Origin: Candidatus Enterousia sp.
GTDB taxonomy: Bacteria > Pseudomonadota > Alphaproteobacteria > Rs-D84
Length of the DNA stretch: 31,509 bases
Reading direction: 5' to 3'
NCBI GenBank assembly: GCA_045613785.1
Contig: JAZLBQ010000010.1
Span: 1-31,509, forward strand
A program made the translations under genes and the position numbers. The notes under the pieces are model-generated. The model made no database searches. It saw only the letters and a program-made list of their open reading frames with translations, and was not told where the DNA came from. This document shows, piece after piece, positions 1-9,436 of the stretch (within the stretch, counting starts at the first letter, position 1; the number at the start of each line of letters is the position of its first letter).

Positions 1-1
1 T

Positions 2-1540
2 TCAAACTGTCCAACAGACTATAAGAACAGTGGCACATCTGCATCGAGCCATGCTGGATCTGGGTCATGTATAATTACAGTAAGTGCTGGTAAATATATT
101 GGCACGGCTGGAGATAACAGCAGTAACTGGGATACATGTGCAGGTGGAACATACAAGGCGTCGCATACAGTTGCATATGGTTCTACATCAAGTTGTTCGA
201 CATGTAGTGCTGGATATTATTGCCCTGCTGGTGCAGGATCACAGACAGCGTGTGCAGTTGGGTCATATAGTGCAGCGGGTAAGAGTGTATGCACAGCGTG
301 TGGTGCTGGTAAGACAACATCTGGCACAGGTAAGGCCAGCTGTGATGCGACATGCGATAATGCAAGTGGTGTGTATTCGTGGGCAACACCAAGTTGGAGT
401 GCAAACAGTGTAAGCAATCTGTGTAAGGTGACAGCATGTAATGCAAATACATATTACACAGCGACAACGGCAACAGGTTATGCAAACACTTGTTCGGCAT
501 GTGGTGCGAATTCGTCAACGGCGGCAGGGAACACATCAACAACATGTGCATGTTCCGCAGGATATACAGCGGACGGTAAAGTTGGTGGCACAGCAACAAC
601 GACCAGTGCAGCATGTCAGTTGATTAGCAACATTGCGTGTGCAATCGGTCAGTATGTTCCAGCCAAGGCAACGGCTTGTTCAGATTGCACCGCTGGATAC
701 TATTGTCCAAGCAGTGCGAAGACATATTCTTATAGCACAAGCGTTCAGGGACGCACAGCATGTAGCCCAGGAACATATCAGCCAAGCACGGGTAAAACAT
801 CTTGTGTTGATGCGTCGGCTGGATACTATGTAGGTGGTTCGGCGGCAACAAGTCAGACGGCTTGCACGGGTGCAACGTATGCGGCGAATACAAAGCAGAC
901 AGCCTGTACAGTGTGCCCGACGGCGACTAATAACGCTTCAAAAGCGACAGGATATGGATATTGGAATACGGGTAAAGATGGGGATCATACGACGGTTGTG
1001 GGTTGTAACGTAACTTATGAAAATGAACCATTGGATGATGGTAATATGAGTTTGTATTATTGCTATGCGGATACTGATGCAGCGACAACTGGTGAATACG
1101 GTGTTGATGGAACTTCAAAGGGGTGTTGGGTATATTGGAATAAGTTGACGTGTGATGGTGGATACTATAATAAGAACTATTCAGCAAGTTCGGATTATGA
1201 TTTTACCAACAAAACTATAGCTAACTTGAAGTCCAATGCGTGTATAAATGCGGGGGCGGGATATTGGTCGGCAAATGATGCGTTGACCCGCACAGCGTGT
1301 GCAACCGGGTTGACAACAATCGGTTATGGAACTGCAGCGAATGAAGCGGAAGACTGTGGACGCAAGTTGCATTATGGCAGCAGCACAGTTTATCTGCGTG
1401 GTGCTGCACGAACAACACCATCGTTGCGTGTCAAAATTGGTGATACAACGTTCTTTGGTGCGTTGAGCACAACAAGAACAGGTGCATTAAAGGTCAATAA
1501 TGGCGGAACAAAGTATTCGGTTGTTAATGACTGGCAGTAA
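2..1540 (+). CDS. Large Cys/Thr/Ala/Gly-rich surface protein, 5'-truncated (ephrin-receptor-like/GCC2-GCC3-type Cys repeats, Cys-free beta-rich C-terminus)
   Basis: The frame of ORF 371..1540 is open back to base 2 (SNCPTDYKNSG...). Repeated CxAGYYCP and CSPGTYQPSTGKTSC motifs. TAA at 1538-1540 is followed by a terminator. Confidence 0.85.
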   Translation, partial: SNCPTDYKNSGTSASSHAGSGSCIITVSAGKYIGTAGDNSSNWDTCAGGTYKASHTVAYGSTSSCSTCSAGYYCPAGAGSQTACAVGSYSAAGKSVCTACGAGKTTSGTGKASCDATCDNASGVYSWATPSWSANSVSNLCKVTACNANTYYTATTATGYANTCSACGANSSTAAGNTSTTCACSAGYTADGKVGGTATTTSAACQLISNIACAIGQYVPAKATACSDCTAGYYCPSSAKTYSYSTSVQGRTACSPGTYQPSTGKTSCVDASAGYYVGGSAATSQTACTGATYAANTKQTACTVCPTATNNASKATGYGYWNTGKDGDHTTVVGCNVTYENEPLDDGNMSLYYCYADTDAATTGEYGVDGTSKGCWVYWNKLTCDGGYYNKNYSASSDYDFTNKTIANLKSNACINAGAGYWSANDALTRTACATGLTTIGYGTAANEAEDCGRKLHYGSSTVYLRGAARTTPSLRVKIGDTTFFGALSTTRTGALKVNNGGTKYSVVNDWQ

Positions 1541-1541
1541 T

Positions 1542-1569
1542 AAAAAATCCCCCGGTTGGGGGATTTTTT
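1542..1569. terminator. Intrinsic terminator, bidirectional type
   Basis: AAAAAATCCCCC-GGTT-GGGGGATTTTTT perfect hairpin with A and T tails. Confidence 0.85.
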
Positions 1570-1780
1570 ATGGGGACTTTGGTAGTTGTATTTGTTAGGG
1601 ATGTTTGTGGTTTATATGAATAATAGACCGAATTGCTATCGATATGTCTTGCAATGATAAGGATGTTTTGTTCTTGCTGTTGTTTTGATTGGTTGATTAT
1701 GATGGAATAAGAAAATTTTTTTGTTGATGTTTTTTTTTGTTAGCCTCGCAGGGTTGTTGTTTCCCTTGGCTGTGATTCTT

Positions 1781-1809
1781 AAAAAAACACCCTGGTATAA
1801 GTCCAGGGT
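1781..1809 (-). terminator. Intrinsic terminator of the 1833..2042 gene
   Basis: ACCCTGG-N7-CCAGGGT hairpin followed by a T7 run on the minus strand. Confidence 0.7.
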
Positions 1810-1832
1810 TGCTTGTCAGTAGAATAATATAA

Positions 1833-2042
1833 TTACTTTTCACCCATTGTGCGGGCAGATGATAATGCATGACGCAGGGCCTGTTCCGCAATTTGGCGAA
1901 TCTTTGACGCAAATGGACGCATGTTCATTGTGTCGGCCACAGTGTTGCCGAACATACGAGATATATATTCAATCTGGGTCGGGGCAATCACAAATACATC
2001 ACTGGTTATGTCTGATGGATTTAAATTCTTAATCGGCTGCAT
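1833..2042 (-). CDS. Small hypothetical protein (69 aa)
   Basis: ATG preceded by a G-rich RBS-like run, protein-like composition, own terminator, divergent from secA. Confidence 0.65.
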   Translation of the reverse strand: MQPIKNLNPSDITSDVFVIAPTQIEYISRMFGNTVADTMNMRPFASKIRQIAEQALRHALSSARTMGEK

Positions 2043-2142
2043 GTTTTCCCCCCTACTCTTTACAATTCATGAATATTTTATCATATTTTTTTGTGATTTC
2101 TACTTGTTTATTTGCTAGTTTGTTATTATATCATAAAGTATC

Positions 2143-2171
2143 TTGACCGAAAGACGCAAAATTGCTATAAA
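2143..2171 (+). promoter_or_regulatory. Sigma70 promoter of secA
   Basis: TTGACC-N17-TATAAA with extended TG, 27 nt before the ATG at 2199. Confidence 0.7.
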
Positions 2172-2198
2172 TTTCGTGATAAAATAAGGAAAAAGGGT

Positions 2199-4811
2199 AT
2201 GAAAAATATTTTAGGTATGTTATTAGGGTCTGCAAATGACAGACTGGTTAAAAGTTATGATAAGACAGTTTCGATTATCAATGATTTAGAACCAAAGTAT
2301 CACGCAATGAGTGATGATGAATTGCGTCAGCAAACCGTCGAATTACGTGAAAAATTAAAAGCTGGGGCAAAAGAAAAAGATATTTTGCCTGATGCGTTCG
2401 CTTTGGTGCGTGAAGCGTCAATCAGAACGATTGGATTACGCCACTTTAATGTCCAGTTGATTGGTGGTATGGTGTTGACTAATGGTCAAATCGCAGAAAT
2501 GAAAACCGGTGAAGGTAAAACACTGGTCGCAACTTTGGCGATGTTCTTGAAGGCGTTGCATGGAAAAGGTGCTCATTTGATTACTGTCAATGACTATTTG
2601 GCATCTCGTGATGCTGCGTGGATGGGCGAAATTTATAAGTTCTTGGGAATGACTGTCGGTATTATCCAGCACGATATGACAGATGAAGAAAGACGGGCTG
2701 CATACGCATGTGATATAACATATGTGACAAATTCAGAGTTGGGATTTGATTATCTGCGTGATAATATGAAGTTTACCAAAAAACAACAGGTGTTGCGTCC
2801 ATTCTTTTATGCAATTGTTGACGAAGTCGATAGCATTTTAATTGACGAGGCACGAACGCCGTTGATTATTTCAGGTCCTGCCGAAGATACAAGCGAACTG
2901 TATGCCAAGGTTGATGCAGTTGTGGCACAATTTACAGAAAATGATTTCAAGAAAGATGAAAAAGATCGTCATGTGACATTGACTGAATCTGGTGCAGATA
3001 CTGCAACACGTCTGTTAAAAGAAGCAGGATTGTTAGTTGGTGATAATCTGTATTCTGCGGAAAATGCAGCATTGGTTATGCATATCCAACAGTCTTTGTT
3101 GGCACACCATTTATATCAGTTGAACGTCAATTATGTTGTTCGTGATGGTGAAATCTTGATTGTTGATGAATTTACAGGGCGTGTGATGAGTGGTCGTCGC
3201 TTTGGTAAAGGCTTGCATCAGGCAATCGAGGCCAAAGAACATGTAAAAGTTCAGCCAGAAAATCAGACTGTTTCGAGCATTTCTTATCAGAATTTGTTCC
3301 GTTTGTATCCAACTTTGTCTGGTATGACAGGAACTGCGATGACAGAAGCTGCTGAATTTGAAGAAATTTATAAATTGCGTGTGGTTTCAATACCTACAAA
3401 CCGCCCTGTTGCACGTGTTGATCATCATGATGAAATTTATAGAAACAAAGATGAAAAATATGATGCAATCTTGAAACAAATTGCAGAGTGTATGGAACGT
3501 AAGCAGCCTGTGTTGGTTGGAACTGTTTCTATTGAAAAGTCGGAAGAATTGGCGGCTATTGTTCGTAAGAAACTGGGAATCAATCCTGCTGTCTTGAACG
3601 CAAAACAGCATGAATCTGAGGCGAAAATTGTTGCACAGGCCGGTGCCCCAGGTTCAGTTACAATCGCAACAAATATGGCAGGACGTGGAACTGATATTAA
3701 ATTGGGCGGTAATGCAGAAGAATTGATTGCCCAGCTGGACCCAGAAGCACCTGATTTCGCAGAAAAGAAAAAAGAAATCTATGCTCAAATCGAAGCAAAT
3801 AAAAAACAAGTTCTAGATGCTGGTGGTTTGTATGTAATTGGAACAGAACGTCATGAATCAAGACGTATCGATAATCAGTTGCGTGGTCGTTCAGGTCGTC
3901 AAGGCGATCCTGGTGATTCAAAGTTCTTTTTGGCATTAGATGACGATTTGATGCGTATCTTTGGAGCTGCACGCTTGCAGGGTATGTTGACTACACTGGG
4001 ATTGAAAACAGGTGAAGCAATTACACATCCTTGGATTACTAAAGCGTTAGAAAAGGCTCAGAAACGTGTCGAAGCACGCTATTTCGAGGCTCGTAAAGAA
4101 CTGTTGAAATATGATGACGTTGCAAATGAACAACGATCTGTTATCTATAAACAGCGTGATGATTTGATGGTTTCAGAAGATTTGGAACCGTTGGCTCGTG
4201 AAATGATTGCTGATGTTGTCGAAATCATCTGCGAAACAAATATTCCTGAAAAGGCAATGCCTGCAGATTGGAATCTGGAAGGAATTAGAAATGCTATGCT
4301 GCGTGCGTTCGCACTGGATATCACTGATATCGAAAAATGGAAAACTGATGAACATATCACAGAACGTAAAGCGTATGAAACGTTGTTGAATCTGGCAAAT
4401 CTTAGATATGATAACCAGACAAAAAAGTATGGGCCAGAATTGATGCGTATGGCATCTCGTCAGATGATGTTGGGGGCTTTGGATACAGTCTGGAAAAGAC
4501 ATTTGCAGCAAATGGATTATCTGCAAAGTGCCATCGGGTTGCGTGGATATGCACAGAAAAATCCGCTGTATGAATACAAGCGTGAAGCCTTGGATTTGTT
4601 CAAAAATACAGTCAATAATTTCAAAATATTATCCGTGTCGTATGTTTGTCGTATGGAACTGACACGTGAAGATGTTGCTGCAACCGAAGCTCAACGGGCA
4701 AAACACGACGAAGAATTAAATCCACAGATGAGTGCGGAAAATCGTCGTAATGCACCCTGCCCGTGTGGGTCTGGATTAAAGTTCAAACATTGCTGTGGTA
4801 AATTGCACTAA
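2199..4811 (+). CDS. secA: Preprotein translocase ATPase SecA
   Basis: MKTGEGKT Walker A, DEVDSILIDEARTPLIISG, TNMAGRGTDI, QLRGRSGRQGDPG, C-terminal SEC-C CPCGSGLKFKHCCG. Start set to the ATG at 2199 after a purine-rich RBS. Confidence 0.98.
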   Translation: MKNILGMLLGSANDRLVKSYDKTVSIINDLEPKYHAMSDDELRQQTVELREKLKAGAKEKDILPDAFALVREASIRTIGLRHFNVQLIGGMVLTNGQIAEMKTGEGKTLVATLAMFLKALHGKGAHLITVNDYLASRDAAWMGEIYKFLGMTVGIIQHDMTDEERRAAYACDITYVTNSELGFDYLRDNMKFTKKQQVLRPFFYAIVDEVDSILIDEARTPLIISGPAEDTSELYAKVDAVVAQFTENDFKKDEKDRHVTLTESGADTATRLLKEAGLLVGDNLYSAENAALVMHIQQSLLAHHLYQLNVNYVVRDGEILIVDEFTGRVMSGRRFGKGLHQAIEAKEHVKVQPENQTVSSISYQNLFRLYPTLSGMTGTAMTEAAEFEEIYKLRVVSIPTNRPVARVDHHDEIYRNKDEKYDAILKQIAECMERKQPVLVGTVSIEKSEELAAIVRKKLGINPAVLNAKQHESEAKIVAQAGAPGSVTIATNMAGRGTDIKLGGNAEELIAQLDPEAPDFAEKKKEIYAQIEANKKQVLDAGGLYVIGTERHESRRIDNQLRGRSGRQGDPGDSKFFLALDDDLMRIFGAARLQGMLTTLGLKTGEAITHPWITKALEKAQKRVEARYFEARKELLKYDDVANEQRSVIYKQRDDLMVSEDLEPLAREMIADVVEIICETNIPEKAMPADWNLEGIRNAMLRAFALDITDIEKWKTDEHITERKAYETLLNLANLRYDNQTKKYGPELMRMASRQMMLGALDTVWKRHLQQMDYLQSAIGLRGYAQKNPLYEYKREALDLFKNTVNNFKILSVSYVCRMELTREDVAATEAQRAKHDEELNPQMSAENRRNAPCPCGSGLKFKHCCGKLH

Positions 4812-4828
4812 GTCATTAGTGCAATTTA
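4799..4828. repeat. Perfect 13-bp inverted repeat overlapping the secA stop
   Basis: TAAATTGCACTAA-GTCA-TTAGTGCAATTTA. Confidence 0.7.
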
Positions 4829-4893
4829 TTGCGGTTTTTGGTTAAGAAAATTTATTTTTTGTTCGAATTGATTTTTGTTAAAGGAAGGGGGTT

Positions 4894-7800
4894 ATGGGGC
4901 AATTTATTCATTTGCGGACGCATTCACGGTTTTCTGTGGGGGCAAGCACACTGACAATCAAACAAATTCCAAAATTATGCCAGGCGGCAGATATGTTTGC
5001 CTGTGCGTTGACGGATACTAATTTAATGTCGGGGTGTGCTGAGTTTTCTGATGTTATGCCCAAGAATAAATTGCAACCAATTATTGGTGTTGAATTGACA
5101 CTAAATCACCATAATGCAGATCCAAAAATCTTGCGTTCTAGTTCTTTGTCCAAGATTGTTTTGTTGGCACAAAATCATACGGGATATTTGAATCTGTGCG
5201 AATTAAATCGTGTGATGTATATGCGTGGCGAAAATCATCACTTGGGGGCATATGTGTCATTTGATGAACTGAAATCGCACAGCGATGGTGTAATTTGTTT
5301 GTCGGGTGCACATTTGGGGCCTGTTGGTATGGCAATCTTGAATGGGCAAGATGATTTGGCTAAGCAGTATGCACAGCAGTTGCTGGATTTGTTCGGGGAT
5401 AGGTTTTATATCGAAATTCAGCGACATGGTCTGGAAGAAGAAATTAAAACAGAACCTGGCTTTTTGAAGATAGCACAGGAACTAAATATCCCAATCGTTG
5501 CGACAAATGATGTTTGTTTTGCGGCCGATAGTGATTATGAGGCGGCAGATGCGTTGGGTTGTGTTTTGGGACAGACCAAGGTTATTGACCCAGAACGACC
5601 AAGAAAATCATCAGAACAGTTCTTTAAGTCATATGAACAAATGGCGGAAATATTTTCTGACCTGCCCGAGGCCATAGAAAATACTGTTGTTATCGCACAG
5701 CGTTGTGGATTTATGGTGAATGTTCATGAAAAACCCTTGTTGCCGCGTTTCGGTGACGATTTAGAAACAGAATGTCAAATGCTGCGTGATGATACAATGA
5801 ACGGCTTGAAACGCAGATTGGAACAGCACGGCATTACAGATACGCAACCATACTATGATCAGGCAGAATTTGAACTGGGGGTTATTATTGGTATGGGATT
5901 CCCAGGGTATTTCCTGATTGTTGCTGACTATATTGATTGGTGTAGAAATAACGATGTTTTGACGGGACCTGGTCGTGGCTCGGGAGCGGGGTCTATTGTG
6001 GCGTGGGCGTTGGGTATCACAAATGTTGATCCGTTAAAGTATGGGTTGCTGTTTGAACGTTTCTTGAATCCTGACCGTATTTCTATGCCCGATTTTGACG
6101 TTGACTTTGAACCAACTGGAATTGAACGTGTGCTGGCATACGTTTGTGATAAGTATGGACACGATTCTGTGTGCCGTATTATTACATTTGGATCGTTGCA
6201 GGCACGTGGTGCAATTCGTGATATTGGGCGTGTGTATGGTATGCCCTACTCTAAGTCAGATAGATTATCAAAATTGATTCCACAAGATGCAAAAAACTTG
6301 AAAGAAGCGGTTGGTATGTCGGCGGAAATTCAAGATATTTTGAATAATGATGAAGACTTGAACAAGGTGGTGACAGTCGCAGAAGAACTAGAAGGTAGTT
6401 TGCGAAATCTGGGCCAGCATGCCTGTGGTGTTGTTATTGGAGATAGACCAACAACCAAGATTGCACCTGTTTATCGTGATCCTGCCAACCCGTTGCCGTC
6501 TTGTCAGTTTGACGGAAAGTATTTGGAAAAGTCGGGGTTGATTAAATTTGACTTTTTGGGATTGGAAACGCTGGTGGTGTTAAAGTATGCAGTGCGTTTG
6601 ATTCAACAAACTCGTGGAATCAATATAGACCTGGATCAGATTCCAACCGATGACGAAAAAACAATGAAACTGTGGCAACAAGGTCTGACAGAAGGTATAT
6701 TCCAATTCGATGCTCAGTTCGTTCAGCAGACTTTGCGTAAAATGCACCCGACCAGTTTCTTGGAAATCTCGGCGTTAAATGCTTTGAACCGTCCGGGACC
6801 TATTGCTTTTATTCCGCAGTTTATCGCACGTATGCATGGTGAAGAAAAAATTGAATATGTTCATCCAAAAGCAGAACCTATCTTAAAGGAAACATACGGA
6901 ATTATCGTTTATCAGGAACAGGTGATGCAGTTGACCCGTGCATTGGCAGGCTTTACCCGTGGACAGTCAGACAACGTGCGTAAGGCAATGGGTAAAAAAT
7001 TGATTGAGATGTTGAATGAACTGGAAGGTAAGTTCTATGAGGGATGTGAGAAAGAAGGCACGTTAGATCGTGATACCGCCAAGGATTTGTGGGAAAAGTT
7101 CAAGGAATTTGCAAAGTATGCGTTTAATAAGTCGCATGCGATTGCCTATTCTATTGTTGCAAATCAGTGTGCGTATCTGAAAGCAAACTATACGCCAGAA
7201 TTTTTGGCGGCATCGATGTCTAGTAACTTAAATGATACCGACCAGTTGGCGATATTTGTTGATGATGCTAAGACTAATTTTGGTATTCAAATTGTGCCAC
7301 CTGATATCAATCAAAGTGAATCGTTGTTTACTGTTGTTGATGGCAAGATTGTTTATGGGTTGGCTGCTTTGAAAGGTGTTGGAACGGTCGCTACAGATGC
7401 AATCGTTGCAGAACGTAATGCTAATGGAAAGTTCAAGAATTTGACTGATTTTGCAAAGCGTTGTGCACCAATTATGAATAAGCGTATTTTGGAAGCTTTT
7501 GCTAAGACCGGTGTGCTGGATTCGTTAGAACCAAATCGGGCGGCAGTTTATTTGAATGCAGATGCGATTTTGTCTTATGCTGCAAAGTCAAAAGATGGCT
7601 CTAATATGTTGTCGCTGTTTGCTAATACGATTGAAGACGATGTTGCCGAAGACAGATTACATAAAAATTTGCCTAAAACAGAACCGTGGACCTTTGGACA
7701 AAAGTTGGAAAATGAATTGTCTGCATTGGGATTCTATATTTCTGCACATCCGTTGGATCAATATAAACATTTGATTCAGCGTGCAAATCTGGCGACTAGT

Positions 7801-8301
7801 GCGACATTGGCGGCGGTGGGTGATAGAAAATCTGTGCAGATTGCAGCTAATGTCAATTCTTTTGGACGGCGACGGACCAAGACAGGCAAAGAAATGATTA
7901 CAATCAATGCGTCCGACAGTTCAGGTAATATTGATGCAGTGGCTTTTGGGGATTCTGCTATTGAATTTGCTCAGATTTTGGCAAACGAAAATGTGGTTTT
8001 GATTTCAGGAAAAACTTCTTGTCGTGATGACAGGGTTTCGGTGTTTGTTGATTCTATTGTGCCGCTGACACAGTGGGTCGCAAAGATTGCTAAGAAAATT
8101 ACGTTAGATATTCGTGATCAAGCGGTCTTGCAAGATGTAAAAAAGGCTATTATTGCGTTGCCACGTGGATATACAAAAGTTGAATTGGTGCTGCACGGTG
8201 CAGAAAAAACGGCAACGGTTGCCTTGCCTGGTGGGGTTGAACTTGGAAGCACAACTGTGGCGGACTTGGTGGCATTGGGATTGAAGGTAGAGGTGGAATA
8301 A
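4894..8301 (+). CDS. dnaE: DNA polymerase III alpha subunit
   Basis: N-terminal PHP (HLRTHS, ALTD, ATND), GPGRGSGAGS, FERFLNPDRISMPDFDVDF, KFDFLGL, YAFNKSHA, C-terminal OB fold. Confidence 0.97.
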   Translation: MGQFIHLRTHSRFSVGASTLTIKQIPKLCQAADMFACALTDTNLMSGCAEFSDVMPKNKLQPIIGVELTLNHHNADPKILRSSSLSKIVLLAQNHTGYLNLCELNRVMYMRGENHHLGAYVSFDELKSHSDGVICLSGAHLGPVGMAILNGQDDLAKQYAQQLLDLFGDRFYIEIQRHGLEEEIKTEPGFLKIAQELNIPIVATNDVCFAADSDYEAADALGCVLGQTKVIDPERPRKSSEQFFKSYEQMAEIFSDLPEAIENTVVIAQRCGFMVNVHEKPLLPRFGDDLETECQMLRDDTMNGLKRRLEQHGITDTQPYYDQAEFELGVIIGMGFPGYFLIVADYIDWCRNNDVLTGPGRGSGAGSIVAWALGITNVDPLKYGLLFERFLNPDRISMPDFDVDFEPTGIERVLAYVCDKYGHDSVCRIITFGSLQARGAIRDIGRVYGMPYSKSDRLSKLIPQDAKNLKEAVGMSAEIQDILNNDEDLNKVVTVAEELEGSLRNLGQHACGVVIGDRPTTKIAPVYRDPANPLPSCQFDGKYLEKSGLIKFDFLGLETLVVLKYAVRLIQQTRGINIDLDQIPTDDEKTMKLWQQGLTEGIFQFDAQFVQQTLRKMHPTSFLEISALNALNRPGPIAFIPQFIARMHGEEKIEYVHPKAEPILKETYGIIVYQEQVMQLTRALAGFTRGQSDNVRKAMGKKLIEMLNELEGKFYEGCEKEGTLDRDTAKDLWEKFKEFAKYAFNKSHAIAYSIVANQCAYLKANYTPEFLAASMSSNLNDTDQLAIFVDDAKTNFGIQIVPPDINQSESLFTVVDGKIVYGLAALKGVGTVATDAIVAERNANGKFKNLTDFAKRCAPIMNKRILEAFAKTGVLDSLEPNRAAVYLNADAILSYAAKSKDGSNMLSLFANTIEDDVAEDRLHKNLPKTEPWTFGQKLENELSALGFYISAHPLDQYKHLIQRANLATSATLAAVGDRKSVQIAANVNSFGRRRTKTGKEMITINASDSSGNIDAVAFGDSAIEFAQILANENVVLISGKTSCRDDRVSVFVDSIVPLTQWVAKIAKKITLDIRDQAVLQDVKKAIIALPRGYTKVELVLHGAEKTATVALPGGVELGSTTVADLVALGLKVEVE

Positions 8302-8302
8302 T

Positions 8303-9154
8303 ATGGCGGTTGAGCATGTCCCAGTTTTGTTGGGTGCAGTTTTAGATGCTTTAGGTGATGTTCAGGGCAAAACAATTGTCGATTGCACTTTTGGTGCAGG
8401 TGGATATTCACGTGCTTTTCTGGAACGTGGGGCAAATGTTATTGCATTTGATCGTGACCCAAATGCGTTGCGATATGTTGATGATTTTAAGAAAGATTTT
8501 CCAGGACGATTTGAATTTATGCCACTGGCATTTTCAAATGTTGCAAATCTGGACAAGACAGTTGATGCAATTGTGTTTGATTTGGGGATTTCTTCAATGC
8601 AAATCGATGTAAGGGAACGTGGTTTTTCTTTTCGAGCAGATGGTCCTCTGGATATGCGTATGGCACAGGTCGGAATGACGGCCGCAGAACTTATTGCACA
8701 GTCAAGTGTTGCAGAATTGACCCAGATATTAAAAAAATATGGCGATGTAAAGAAGGCTGCTGTGTTGGCTAATGCAATGAAAAAGGTGTTGCCACAGACT
8801 ACATTTGAATTGCGTGATTTGATTTTTAACCCAAAGGATGTTGCACCTGTCTTTCAGGCCTTGCGTATTGCAGTAAATGATGAAATGGGAGAATTAGAGG
8901 CGGCATTGGTAGCGGTGCCAGATTTGTTGGTTGTCGGGGGAAAGTGTATTTGTGTTACTTTTCATTCGCTGGAGGACAGAATTGTAAAAGCTACTTTCCG
9001 TGATTGGACAACAGCACCAGGTGACCCACGATTGCCGGCCTTGGATTCTGCAGCATTTGAATTGTTAAAAACTGCCCTGCCCGATGCGACAGAAATTGAA
9101 AATAATCCACGAGCCAGGTCAGCTCACCTGCGTGGGGTCAAGAAAATTATATAA
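8303..9154 (+). CDS. rsmH: 16S rRNA m4C1402 methyltransferase RsmH/MraW
   Basis: HVPVLL, DCTFGAGGYS, DLGISSMQID, GPLDMRM, FQALRIAVNDE, FHSLEDRIVK, NPRARSAHLR. Confidence 0.96.
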   Translation: MAVEHVPVLLGAVLDALGDVQGKTIVDCTFGAGGYSRAFLERGANVIAFDRDPNALRYVDDFKKDFPGRFEFMPLAFSNVANLDKTVDAIVFDLGISSMQIDVRERGFSFRADGPLDMRMAQVGMTAAELIAQSSVAELTQILKKYGDVKKAAVLANAMKKVLPQTTFELRDLIFNPKDVAPVFQALRIAVNDEMGELEAALVAVPDLLVVGGKCICVTFHSLEDRIVKATFRDWTTAPGDPRLPALDSAAFELLKTALPDATEIENNPRARSAHLRGVKKII

Positions 9155-9169
9155 TAAAAAGGCACGATA

Positions 9170-9382
9170 ATGCACAGATTAAACACTCAAAATCAGGATA
9201 TCGTTTCGGCTTTGCTGAATTTGTTGGCAATTGAGCGGCGGACAAATTGTCCTGAATTGATTGAAACAGTGCAAAACACCAGACAAATTCTGGTTGATAA
9301 ACTAGGAATTGGGACAGAAGAATACAAGGTTGTGATGGAATTGTGTAAAAATTTTGAAGATTCTGTGGATAAGTGCAATTAG
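9170..9382 (+). CDS. Small hypothetical helical protein (70 aa)
   Basis: Fills the gap after rsmH, AAAGG RBS-like sequence, no TM segment. Confidence 0.65.
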   Translation: MHRLNTQNQDIVSALLNLLAIERRTNCPELIETVQNTRQILVDKLGIGTEEYKVVMELCKNFEDSVDKCN

Positions 9383-9436
9383 CTGTTGATTTAGATTGTG
9401 TAAAAATGGTAGAATTGAACAAAGAGAGAAATTAAA

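Noticed and set aside
84-1421. His/Gln/Val-rich alternative-frame ORFs here and at 29093-31408
   Set aside because: These are shadow frames of the Cys/Thr/Ala-rich genes caused by biased codon content.
4802-4825. CIRCE (HrcA operator)
   Set aside because: The GCACT/AGTGC core is similar, but the spacer is 6 nt rather than 9, the arms deviate, and it is not upstream of a chaperone gene.
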